Below are positions 1-8,671 of a DNA stretch of 64,000 nucleotides, piece by piece (position 1 is the first letter of the stretch; each line of letters opens with the position of its first letter). The DNA comes from Christensenellaceae bacterium (GTDB taxonomy: Bacteria; Bacillota; Clostridia; Christensenellales; Borkfalkiaceae), in contig JAZRSG010000027.1 of NCBI GenBank assembly GCA_045651465.1, positions 679 through 64,678 on the forward strand. The letters are read 5' to 3'. The notes under the pieces were generated by a model that did no database searches, had not been told where the DNA came from, and saw only the letters and a list, made by a program, of their open reading frames with translations. Both the position numbers and the translations under genes were made by a program.

Positions 1-608
1 AGAGCGAAAAGGTTGCTGCGGATAAAATTCTCTGCTCAATCGGCAGACGCGCAGTTACCCAAGGCTTCGGCTTAGAAAACCTTAACGTAAACCTTGAAAG
101 AGGCGCAATCGTTACCGACGATATGATGAGAACTAACGTTGCAAACGTTTATGCAGTTGGTGACGTTAACGGTAAAGTTATGCTTGCGCACACCGCTTAT
201 AGAGAAGCAGAAGTTGCAGTAAACAACATTCTCGGCAAGAAAGACCGCATGCGTTATAACGTAATCCCGTCGGTTATTTACACCAATCCCGAAGTTGGTT
301 CGGTAGGTGAAACCGAAGAGAGCGCAAAGGCAAAGGGTATCGACGTTAAATGCGTATCCATTCCCTTGACCTTCTCGGGAAGATACATTGCTGAAAATAC
401 CGACCTTAACGGTATTTGCAAGTTGGTTATCAACAAGAAGACCAACACTCTTATCGGCGCACACGTTATCGGCAGGTATTCGGGCGAATATATCGTAGCG
501 GTATCTGCTATGATAGACCTAGAAGTGGATATCGAGAACATCAAGAAACTCGTATTCCCGCATCCCACCGTATGTGAAATCGTTAGAGAAGCGATTTTCA
601 GTATATAA
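1..608 (+). CDS. lpdA: dihydrolipoyl dehydrogenase (E3), C-terminal part; the 5-prime end lies outside the window
   Basis: Frame is open from base 3. The translation (KILCSIGRR...AVGDVNG...FPHPTVCE) looks like the central and interface domains of E3 flavoproteins. Confidence 0.85.
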   Translation, partial: SEKVAADKILCSIGRRAVTQGFGLENLNVNLERGAIVTDDMMRTNVANVYAVGDVNGKVMLAHTAYREAEVAVNNILGKKDRMRYNVIPSVIYTNPEVGSVGETEESAKAKGIDVKCVSIPLTFSGRYIAENTDLNGICKLVINKKTNTLIGAHVIGRYSGEYIVAVSAMIDLEVDIENIKKLVFPHPTVCEIVREAIFSI

Positions 609-639
609 TTTAAGTTAAAAAACATAAGGAGATAAAAAA

Positions 640-3117
640 ATGCCAAAAAATTTAGTAATTGATCCTAATTTTATTAGGGCAAAAGGCAAAATCGAGTTCA
701 CGGATATTCCCGTAAACGTCTACAATAAGACTATTGAAGACGAAAAGAAGAACTTCAAAAAAGACGATTTCGTTCGTATCTTCCACGATATCGCAATGCT
801 TCGCGAATTTGAAAGCATGATTAACGAAATCAAAATCAAGGGCGAATATCAAGGCTTTAAGCATTCTTATCCCGGCCCTGCTCACCTTTCTATGGGTCAA
901 GAAGCAGCTGCGGTAGGTCAAGCTTACATTCTCGATATGGACGATATGACCTTTGGTTCACACAGAAGCCATAGTGAAGTTTTAGCAAGAGGTTTAGCAT
1001 CAATTAATAAACTTCCTGAAGATAAACTTTATCAAATCATGAAAGACTTCATGGGCGGTGAAACGCTTGCTCCCGTTGAAAAACTCAACAAGACCGGCAA
1101 CGTTAAGGACTTAGCAGTAGACTTCCTTCTCTACGGATTTATGAGTGAAATCTTTGCTCGTAGAACTGGTTTCCATAGAGGTATGGGTGGTTCAATGCAC
1201 GTATTCTTCTTACCGTTTGGTATCTATCCCAACAACGCTATCGTTGGTGGTGCAGCTCCCGTAGCACTCGGCGCTGCTCTTTACAAGAAAGCAAACGACA
1301 AGCCTGGTATCGTTATCAGTAACGTTGGTGACGGTGCAGTTGGTTGTGGTGTTGTATATGAAAGTATGAACTTCGCATCTATGGACCAATTCCATCAATT
1401 ATGGGAAAAGAAGGGTGGACTTCCCATTCTCTTCAACTTCTTTGATAATGGTTATGCAATGGGTGGTCAAACTAGAGGTGAAACCATGGCTTACGACTTC
1501 TTAGCTCGTCTTGGTGCAGGTGTTCATCCGTCACAACTCCATGCTGAAAGAGTAGACGGTTTCAACCCCTTAGCTGTAATCGAAGCTATGAAGAGAAAGA
1601 AACAACTCTTAGTAGAAGGCAAAGGTCCTGCAATGCTCGACGTTGTAACTTATCGTTATGGTGGACACTCTCCGTCAGACTCAATGAGCTACAGAACGAT
1701 CGAAGAAGTAGAAAACTGGAAGCAATACGATCCTATGATTACTTACAGAAAGTCGCTTGTTGACGCTAAGATTGAAAGCGATGGTAAGTTCGACGATATT
1801 ATTGCAAGCATCAAGGAAAGAATGCTTAAACTTTGCAAACTTGCTGCTGATCCCGTTGAATCTCCTTATCTTGATTTCAAGAAAGATCCCTACTACGTTG
1901 AAGATCTTATGTTCTCAAATGGCGCTGTAGAAAAGATGGAAGATAGACCCGTTGAAGTTGGTAAAGACGTTAAGATCCCCATGGAAGAAAACCCCAGAGT
2001 TAAGCAAATCGCTGGTAAACAACGTTATGCGTTTGACGAAAAGGGTCAACTCGTTTCTAACATGAAGAGATTCAATATCCGTGACGGTTTATTTGAAGCT
2101 ATTATCGATAGATATTATAAAGATCCCACGCTCACTTCTTATGGTGAAGACGTTAGAGACTGGGGTGGAGCGTTCGCAGTATATAAAGGACTCACCGAAG
2201 CACTTCCTTACCATAGATTATTCAACTCTCCCATTTCAGAAGCAGCTATCGTTTCTTCTGCAGTAGGTTACGGCCTTTGCGGTGGTAGAGTAATCGTTGA
2301 ACTTATGTATGCTGACTTCATGGGAAGAGCAGGCGACGAAATCTTCAACCAACTTGCTAAATGGCAAGCTATGAGTAGTGGTATTCTAAAGATGCCCGTT
2401 GTTCTCCGTGTTTCAGTTGGTTCTAAATACGGTGCTCAACACTCTCAAGACTGGGTAGCTCTTCCTGCTCACGTTCCTGGACTTAAAGTTTGCTTCCCTG
2501 CAACTCCTTACGATGCTAAGGGTTTAATGAACGCAGCATTAAACGGAACTGACCCCGTAATCTTCTTCGAAAGCCAAAGAATTTACGACAAGGGTGAGGA
2601 ATTTAGAAAAGAAGGCGTTCCCGAAGGATACTATGAAATTCCTCTTGGCGAACCCGACGTTAAGAGAGTTGGTAGCGATATCACTATTCTTACTATCGGT
2701 GCAACTCTTTACAAGGCAGTTGAAGCAGCTAAGATTCTTTCTGAAAAATACGGCGTAGAAGCAGAAATCATCGACGCTAGATCGGTTGTTCCTTTCAACT
2801 ACGAAAAGGTTATCGAATCAGTTAAGAAGACTGGTAGAATTATCCTTGCATCTGACGCTTGTACGAGAGGTAGTATCTTAAACGATATGGCAAGAAACAT
2901 CTCTGAACTTTGCTTTGATTATCTCGATGCACCTGCAGTTGTATGTGGCGCACAAAACTGGATTACTCCTCCTTACGAATTTGACGCTGAATTCTTCCCA
3001 CAAGCAAACTGGATTATCGATTACATCAACGATAAGATCATGCCGCTCAAAGGACACGTTAGTCAAATTAACACGTCTGATGCAGAATTCGTTCGCAAGT
3101 CAAAGAAGGGTGTTTAA
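640..3117 (+). CDS. TPP-dependent 2-oxoacid (pyruvate/acetoin-type) dehydrogenase E1 with alpha and beta subunits fused in one 825-aa chain
   Basis: N-terminal half resembles E1-alpha (GQEA..VG, GDGA..G TPP fold). C-terminal half resembles E1-beta (transketolase-like Pyr and C-terminal domains). GGAG RBS upstream. Confidence 0.85.
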   Translation: MPKNLVIDPNFIRAKGKIEFTDIPVNVYNKTIEDEKKNFKKDDFVRIFHDIAMLREFESMINEIKIKGEYQGFKHSYPGPAHLSMGQEAAAVGQAYILDMDDMTFGSHRSHSEVLARGLASINKLPEDKLYQIMKDFMGGETLAPVEKLNKTGNVKDLAVDFLLYGFMSEIFARRTGFHRGMGGSMHVFFLPFGIYPNNAIVGGAAPVALGAALYKKANDKPGIVISNVGDGAVGCGVVYESMNFASMDQFHQLWEKKGGLPILFNFFDNGYAMGGQTRGETMAYDFLARLGAGVHPSQLHAERVDGFNPLAVIEAMKRKKQLLVEGKGPAMLDVVTYRYGGHSPSDSMSYRTIEEVENWKQYDPMITYRKSLVDAKIESDGKFDDIIASIKERMLKLCKLAADPVESPYLDFKKDPYYVEDLMFSNGAVEKMEDRPVEVGKDVKIPMEENPRVKQIAGKQRYAFDEKGQLVSNMKRFNIRDGLFEAIIDRYYKDPTLTSYGEDVRDWGGAFAVYKGLTEALPYHRLFNSPISEAAIVSSAVGYGLCGGRVIVELMYADFMGRAGDEIFNQLAKWQAMSSGILKMPVVLRVSVGSKYGAQHSQDWVALPAHVPGLKVCFPATPYDAKGLMNAALNGTDPVIFFESQRIYDKGEEFRKEGVPEGYYEIPLGEPDVKRVGSDITILTIGATLYKAVEAAKILSEKYGVEAEIIDARSVVPFNYEKVIESVKKTGRIILASDACTRGSILNDMARNISELCFDYLDAPAVVCGAQNWITPPYEFDAEFFPQANWIIDYINDKIMPLKGHVSQINTSDAEFVRKSKKGV

Positions 3118-3130
3118 TTAATAAAAAAAA

Positions 3131-3158
3131 GGGGCTGAATTATTAGCCCCTTTATTTT
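3131..3158 (+). terminator. rho-independent terminator after the E1 gene
   Basis: GGGGCT/AGCCCC stem followed by a T-run. Confidence 0.7.
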
Positions 3159-3170
3159 AAAAGGATTTTT

Positions 3171-4145
3171 ATGGATAAATTTTATTTCGTTACTCACGAC
3201 ATAACCGAACCGTCCTTTAATTTGGCGATGGAAGAGTATTTACTTAAAAACAAAGACGGATATTATATATGTTTATGGAGAAATGCGCCGGCGGTTATCG
3301 TTGGTGTAAATCAAAATGCGTTTAAGGAAGTTAATCTTTCATATACGCAAAATAATGATATAGCCGTAGTACGTAGAATTACGGGCGGTGGGGCAGTATA
3401 TCACGATCTAAACAATCTTTGTTATACGGTGATAGCACCATACGATCAAAATGAAAACAACTTTGAAAAGTTTACTGCGCCCGTTATTAATTACTTAAGT
3501 ATGCTTGGCATAACTGCGACCTTATCAGGAAGAAACGATATAACGGTTATGGATAGAAAGATTTCGGGTTCAGCTGAAACTGTTTATAAAAACAGGATCA
3601 TGCATCACGGCACGTTGCTCTTTAAAACCGATATCGTTGCAATGACGAATGCGTTATCTCCAAACAAGTTAAAGATTGAATCCAAGGGAATTTCATCAGT
3701 AAGATCAAGAGTCTTAAATTTGGCAGATTGTCTTAAAAAAGACACAACGGTAGTGGAATTTATGGACAATCTTGCTAAATTTTTCCTATTAACGTGCGAA
3801 AATTATACTCTTTCTACGGACGATTTATCGGCGATAGAGGATTTGAGAAGGGAGAAGTATTTAACCTATGAATGGAACATGGGTAAATCTCCAAAAGGCA
3901 AAACCGTTTTTGAAAAGAAATTTGACTTTGGAGTTTTAACTCTTTCTTTCGACATTGAAGATGCTCTTATGAAAGATGTTAAAATTGAAGGTGACTTTTT
4001 TTCGCTAAAAGACGTTAGCGAACTTGAAAAAAGACTTGATGGAACAAAATTTACTATTGAGAACGTTAGGGAAAAGCTTTTAGACGTTGATCAATTTATA
4101 GTTGGAGCAAACGTAGGCGAGATCGTGGATAAAATTTTTCTATAA
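3171..4145 (+). CDS. lplA: lipoate-protein ligase A
   Basis: 324 aa. RRITGGGAVYHD and KISGSA motifs are typical of LplA. Sits beside a lipoyl-dependent dehydrogenase cluster. Confidence 0.85.
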   Translation: MDKFYFVTHDITEPSFNLAMEEYLLKNKDGYYICLWRNAPAVIVGVNQNAFKEVNLSYTQNNDIAVVRRITGGGAVYHDLNNLCYTVIAPYDQNENNFEKFTAPVINYLSMLGITATLSGRNDITVMDRKISGSAETVYKNRIMHHGTLLFKTDIVAMTNALSPNKLKIESKGISSVRSRVLNLADCLKKDTTVVEFMDNLAKFFLLTCENYTLSTDDLSAIEDLRREKYLTYEWNMGKSPKGKTVFEKKFDFGVLTLSFDIEDALMKDVKIEGDFFSLKDVSELEKRLDGTKFTIENVREKLLDVDQFIVGANVGEIVDKIFL

Positions 4146-5360
4146 TTGACCGTTGATTGTTATATTTACGTTCGAATCCAGTTTCGAATAAAAATCATTG
4201 TTAAATTGGCTGTACTGCTTATTATGATAGCGGTACAGCTTTTGATTTATTTTTAGGATATCACACTCGGTCTTTTTTTCTATTTCAATAAGCTCTAAAA
4301 TATCTTTGGTGAGTTTTTCTTGTGCTTTTTTAATGACCTCGGGAGAAAGAGGTAAATTTTCCGATAACGATTCGAAAGAACCCTCGACATTTTGATCGGC
4401 AACCTTGCAGTATAAGTCAAGTGAAACGTTAACGCTAACGCCGTTATAAGAAAGGTCTAGATCTATTTTAGGAGTTGCTCTAATAACAGTTAATAGATAA
4501 TTACAGACCTCGTCTTTATACGGAACGTCGTTAATTTCTAAGGTTGTTCCGCCGTATGGTAGAAAAAGAGAGTTAAGTGCAAGAGTTAGATTTTCGTCTA
4601 ATAGTCCAACCATGTATCCGTTCTTAAAGAGTGCGGTTGATTTTGCGTCGAATAATTTTTTATCTTGACCTCCACTTGATCCGCTAGACGAACCCGACTG
4701 CATACCGGTTTCACTTGATGAGCCACCTTGTCCGCCTTGACTGCCACCTTTATTATTTTCTGTTGAAGGAATAATTTTAATAAACGGCATTAAAGCAGAG
4801 CGACTATCGGAATAGTGTCTAGCACAAAAAGTTTTGATGTCAACGGGGTGAACGTCTCGGTCAAAGCCCGGTGTTTTAAGAAGAATTTTTTGTAACGCAA
4901 ATGACGAAATATTATCAAGAGGTGAAGCCGTTTCTAAGACCTTAGATGCTTCGTCTTCGGTCATTGCAACAAGTGCGGAGTCTTGTACTCTTAAGGTTTT
5001 AGCAAAGTAGTCTAATACCTTTATAACGTTAGTGCCTTTTAGAGACTTACCTAGTAAAATAAGATTACAAAAACCTAGTTTTGGAAACCACCCCGAATCG
5101 TCGCCAAGTTGCTTTATTGCACCGCCTATCGTACGTCCTTTTCCCGATAGGGAGGATTTTTGGTTTTCGGTGTTAGTGTCGGTTGCCTCGGGCACGGCGA
5201 TTTGCGCCGTTACGACGTATTCTCCATTTTCGCTCATGTCTAGTGCAAGAGCGGTAATGATTGAAGTTTTTTCAACGTCAATAAGTCCAAAGTCGTTAGA
5301 AAAAAAGAAGGTAAAAAGGGCAAGGAATATGAGCATTATAATTTTAGGTTTGAACTTCAT
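4140..5360 (-). CDS. Ger(x)C family spore germination lipoprotein
   Basis: Third gene of a gerA-type operon. N-terminal signal/lipobox-like segment and Ger(x)C-like sequence, with a Gly/Ser-rich insert. Confidence 0.8.
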   Translation of the reverse strand: MKFKPKIIMLIFLALFTFFFSNDFGLIDVEKTSIITALALDMSENGEYVVTAQIAVPEATDTNTENQKSSLSGKGRTIGGAIKQLGDDSGWFPKLGFCNLILLGKSLKGTNVIKVLDYFAKTLRVQDSALVAMTEDEASKVLETASPLDNISSFALQKILLKTPGFDRDVHPVDIKTFCARHYSDSRSALMPFIKIIPSTENNKGGSQGGQGGSSSETGMQSGSSSGSSGGQDKKLFDAKSTALFKNGYMVGLLDENLTLALNSLFLPYGGTTLEINDVPYKDEVCNYLLTVIRATPKIDLDLSYNGVSVNVSLDLYCKVADQNVEGSFESLSENLPLSPEVIKKAQEKLTKDILELIEIEKKTECDILKINQKLYRYHNKQYSQFNNDFYSKLDSNVNITINGQL

Positions 5361-6429
5361 TTTGGGTTTTCTCCTTACATAATAATGGTGCGAATAACGG
5401 TAAAACGTTGCCGAAAAGTAGAATATAGTATCCGCCGAAATTGGTCATAAATTTTTCAATAGAGTAGACGTATTGCGATAAAAAAACAATTATGATGGCG
5501 TGAATACTCGTAACAATAAGTGGTGAGATCCACGATTTTTTAATTTCAAAGACGTAATTCATGGTATACGTTGAGAAATATAGGGGAATAGCGAGCGCAA
5601 AAATATTAGAAAAAAGGATTAAAGTTATACCTATATAGTCAAGTCTTCCAGTATTGCTTATATCGGTAGTATATTTGGAAATTTCGGTTAGGGCAAAACG
5701 TTGTCTTGGCGATATTGAAGTGAAAACCGAGTAAAATATTATCATAAAAATTAAAAGCATTATTGCGCTTAGAAAAAACGAAAGTAAAATCTTTTTAGAG
5801 TCGCCCTTTTTATGTTCGTATTCTTTAATAAAAAACATTAGATAAGCTGCATCGCCAAACCAAGAAAAAGACGCACTTGTCCCCTTAAAAATTTTTCCTA
5901 TACCATTAGCGCCGATAGGCAAAATAGACAATAGGTCGGCGTTAGATAGAGAAAGGGCGATTAGCACTAAGAATCCTATAATCGAGATTATCCAAAGCAT
6001 ATCGGAAACTCTACCTATGGCGCGAAGTTTTTTTGTGCAAAAATAAAAAGCAGCAAAGAAAAAGGGTAGGAAATAAAGAAGGGTTGGCATTAAAATATAA
6101 AGGGTGTTTTCTACGTATTCTTTTTGTTCATTTAACGGCATGATGGCCTTTAACATAAAGAAGATAAAATACAAAAAAGTAATCGTTTTAGCACCCGTTT
6201 TTCCAAAGTTGTTTTCAAGCAAATCAAACACGTTTTGGCGAGATTTTTTGCATGCAAAAAGTAATACGCCAATGGTGATAAAGTCGAAAAAAAGATTAAA
6301 AAGGGTTGAAAGCCATAGATCTTCGTTGGCGGATTTTGCGATAATACTTGGAAGGGTAAAAAATTTAGTTAGTGGCAAAAAAGCGATAATAAACAAACAA
6401 ATTTGTCTAGTTTTTAATTGAAATTTCAT
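5344..6429 (-). CDS. spore germination protein, GerAB-type permease (APC-like)
   Basis: Polytopic membrane protein. Start set at the ATG at 6429, preceded by GGAG, 1 nt after the upstream gene's stop. The longer ORF extension overlaps the gerAA-like gene. Confidence 0.8.
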   Translation of the reverse strand: MKFQLKTRQICLFIIAFLPLTKFFTLPSIIAKSANEDLWLSTLFNLFFDFITIGVLLFACKKSRQNVFDLLENNFGKTGAKTITFLYFIFFMLKAIMPLNEQKEYVENTLYILMPTLLYFLPFFFAAFYFCTKKLRAIGRVSDMLWIISIIGFLVLIALSLSNADLLSILPIGANGIGKIFKGTSASFSWFGDAAYLMFFIKEYEHKKGDSKKILLSFFLSAIMLLIFMIIFYSVFTSISPRQRFALTEISKYTTDISNTGRLDYIGITLILFSNIFALAIPLYFSTYTMNYVFEIKKSWISPLIVTSIHAIIIVFLSQYVYSIEKFMTNFGGYYILLFGNVLPLFAPLLCKEKTQNEVQT

Positions 6430-6430
6430 C

Positions 6431-7867
6431 TTAATCTCCATTACCCATACGACGTTTGTTTTTGTTGAAAATGGACCTTGGACGATCCTTAAATTCCCCA
6501 ATAAATCCCTTGTAGAAACTATCCTTTAGGTCTTTGGTTATCAGAGGTGAAAATGGTGCGCAAACGGGTGTGCCGTAGTTTTCTGTTGTAACTAGATATA
6601 TTAGTAGAATTGCAACTGAAGAAAGCAGTCCGTAAAGACCAAAAGAACCTGCGATAACCAAGAAAACAAGCCTTAAAACCGAAAACGTTTGTTCTAATTC
6701 TGGCACGGTATATAAACATATTCCAGAAAGAGCCACTATCATTAAAGTGGGCGCAGAAATAATACCTGCGTTTACGGCTGTTTCCCCAAGTACGAGTCCG
6801 CCGACTATCGAAACGACCATTCCCACGTATTTTGGCATACGCACGCTAGCCTCGTTTAAGATTTCAAAAATTAGTAGCGTAAAAAACATTTCGTGGCTAG
6901 GGGACAATGGTATTCCCTTAATACTATTGACTATCGTTAGTAAGAAACTAAGGGGAATAAGTTGCAAGTGGAATAGTTCAGCCGCAACGAAAAGAGCGGG
7001 TAAAAACAAGGCGAGCATTACCGATACGAGCCTTAACGTTCTTGCAACAGTTGCACTATAAGAAGAGTTGTAATAGTCGCTTGAACTTTGGAAATCTTCC
7101 ATGAGAAGATAGGGCGCGGTAAGTGCAATGGGCGAGCCGTCAACTAAAATTGCAACGCGCCCTTCTAAAATTTTTCCCGCTAGAATATCAGGTTTTTCCG
7201 TGTTTCCTATTTGTTTAAAAAGCGAGGTTTTATGTTCGCTTAAAAACTTAGAAACGTAAGAAGAGTCTAAAACGGCGTCGATAGAAATTTTAGAGAGTTT
7301 TTCTTTAATTTTTTCAACTAATTTTTTATCTGCAATACCTTCTACGTAGCACACTGCTACGGGTGTTTTAGAATATTTACCCACGACAACGTTTTCAAAC
7401 TTTAAAGCAGGGGATTTAATCCTTCTTCTAATTAAACTAACATTTACAGGAAGACTTTCTACGAGTCCTTCTCTAGGCCCTTTAATAACCGTTGAGGTTG
7501 GGGGCTCTGTTATGGCTCTTTTTTCAAAAAATCTTAGCCCAAACGATAGGGCAAAATCGATGTTGTCAGCAAGAAGAAGGGCGTTTCCCGAGACTACTTG
7601 ATCTTCTACATCTTTTATGGAATACACTTTGATTTTTTCAGGACTTAAAAACGTTTCAAAAAACGAATTTTCGTTTAGCTTTCCAGTAAAGTTCGCTGCG
7701 GGGCGTAAAACCAATTCGCCCACGGTTTCTTTGTTGATAAGATCGTTTGCAAATATTAATACAGCAGAGCTTTCTCCGATTTTAAGATCTAAAAAAGTTA
7801 TATCTTCTGAGGAAAGGTTTTCTTTTAAGATTTTTACGTTGGAAGGTAAATCTTTACAAATATTCAT
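6431..7867 (-). CDS. spore germination protein, GerAA-type subunit
   Basis: GerA-family sequence with a C-terminal membrane domain. Start uncertain: ATG at 7867 or TTG at 7930, neither with a strong RBS. Confidence 0.75.
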   Translation of the reverse strand: MNICKDLPSNVKILKENLSSEDITFLDLKIGESSAVLIFANDLINKETVGELVLRPAANFTGKLNENSFFETFLSPEKIKVYSIKDVEDQVVSGNALLLADNIDFALSFGLRFFEKRAITEPPTSTVIKGPREGLVESLPVNVSLIRRRIKSPALKFENVVVGKYSKTPVAVCYVEGIADKKLVEKIKEKLSKISIDAVLDSSYVSKFLSEHKTSLFKQIGNTEKPDILAGKILEGRVAILVDGSPIALTAPYLLMEDFQSSSDYYNSSYSATVARTLRLVSVMLALFLPALFVAAELFHLQLIPLSFLLTIVNSIKGIPLSPSHEMFFTLLIFEILNEASVRMPKYVGMVVSIVGGLVLGETAVNAGIISAPTLMIVALSGICLYTVPELEQTFSVLRLVFLVIAGSFGLYGLLSSVAILLIYLVTTENYGTPVCAPFSPLITKDLKDSFYKGFIGEFKDRPRSIFNKNKRRMGNGD

Positions 7868-7961
7868 AAGCGTAGTATGACTAAAGGGCAAAAGAATATT
7901 CTTTTTTACCGCAAAAAAAGAGAATAGCAAAAGCGCTATTCTCGTTGATTAAAAATCAAGC

Positions 7962-8489
7962 TTATAAAATACAGTTTGTAAGATAGAGAGAAATCGTTTC
8001 GGGGGATTCTTTATAATCACGGGTTGCCCACCATTTTACCGCCTCAATTAGACTAGCAGATAAATGATTTAATAAAAATTCACGAGGAGCGTCCCTGTCT
8101 ACAGAATCGAGTTGTTCGCTAAACATAGCTATTAAATATTTTTTAAGATAACCCGTAAAAATTTCTTGACTATCAGAGCAAAGAATATCCGAAATATCCT
8201 TTCCACTTTCTTTTATATGCCAAAGGGTGTGGGTGATGTTAGCCTTGATGTCGTTATCATGTCCTAGATATGGGCAAGGAGTGGTTTCGAATACGTGTGT
8301 AAATATTTCACTACACATCGTTTCTAAAAGAGAATCCTTAGTTTCAAAATGCGAATAAAATGTACTTCTTCCAACGTTTGCAAGATCTATTATTTCTTGA
8401 ACGGTGATATGCCCGTATCTTTTTTTCTTTAAAAGAACTTTAAAAGCGTCAAAAATAGCTTTGCGAGTTTTTATAAGCCGTCTATCCAT
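7962..8489 (-). CDS. TetR/AcrR family transcriptional regulator
   Basis: N-terminal HTH (ITVQEIIDLANVGRSTFYSHF). 175 aa. Divergent from the metal ATPase. Confidence 0.85.
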   Translation of the reverse strand: MDRRLIKTRKAIFDAFKVLLKKKRYGHITVQEIIDLANVGRSTFYSHFETKDSLLETMCSEIFTHVFETTPCPYLGHDNDIKANITHTLWHIKESGKDISDILCSDSQEIFTGYLKKYLIAMFSEQLDSVDRDAPREFLLNHLSASLIEAVKWWATRDYKESPETISLYLTNCIL

Positions 8490-8504
8490 ATTTTCTCCTT
8501 TTTA

Positions 8505-8614
8505 GAACAAATTAAAAGATTTGTTCGTTATCTTACATTTACAAAAAAATGCTTGAACAAATATGTTGAAATTTTATGTCTTAGTTTTATATAATTATAT
8601 CGAACAATGTGTTC
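8505..8614. promoter_or_regulatory. three GAACA..TGTTC palindromes (candidate TetR operators) across the divergent promoter region
   Basis: GAACAAAT-N6-ATTTGTTC at 8505-8526 (perfect). GAACAAATATGTTG at 8555-8568 (imperfect, overlaps -35 TTGAAA 8566-8571). GAACAATGTGTTC at 8602-8614 (perfect, just after -10 TATAAT 8590-8595). Confidence 0.45.
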
Positions 8615-8671
8615 AGTAACGAATATATTATATTGTATTTTGATATTTGTTGTCAACGAGGAGGGCAAGAA

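Noticed and set aside
8609-8671. Longer N-terminal extensions offered by the ORF track. They affect the ATPase (8609), malic enzyme (19361), TetR (30910), the glpA-like gene (41025), DUF1667 (43758), lgt (47314), ftsW (57136) and the gerAB-like gene (to 6501).
   Set aside because: In each case an internal ATG or GTG with a good GGAG-type RBS gives the conserved N-terminus. The extension either covers a promoter or terminator (for example the glp leader terminator) or overlaps the upstream gene.
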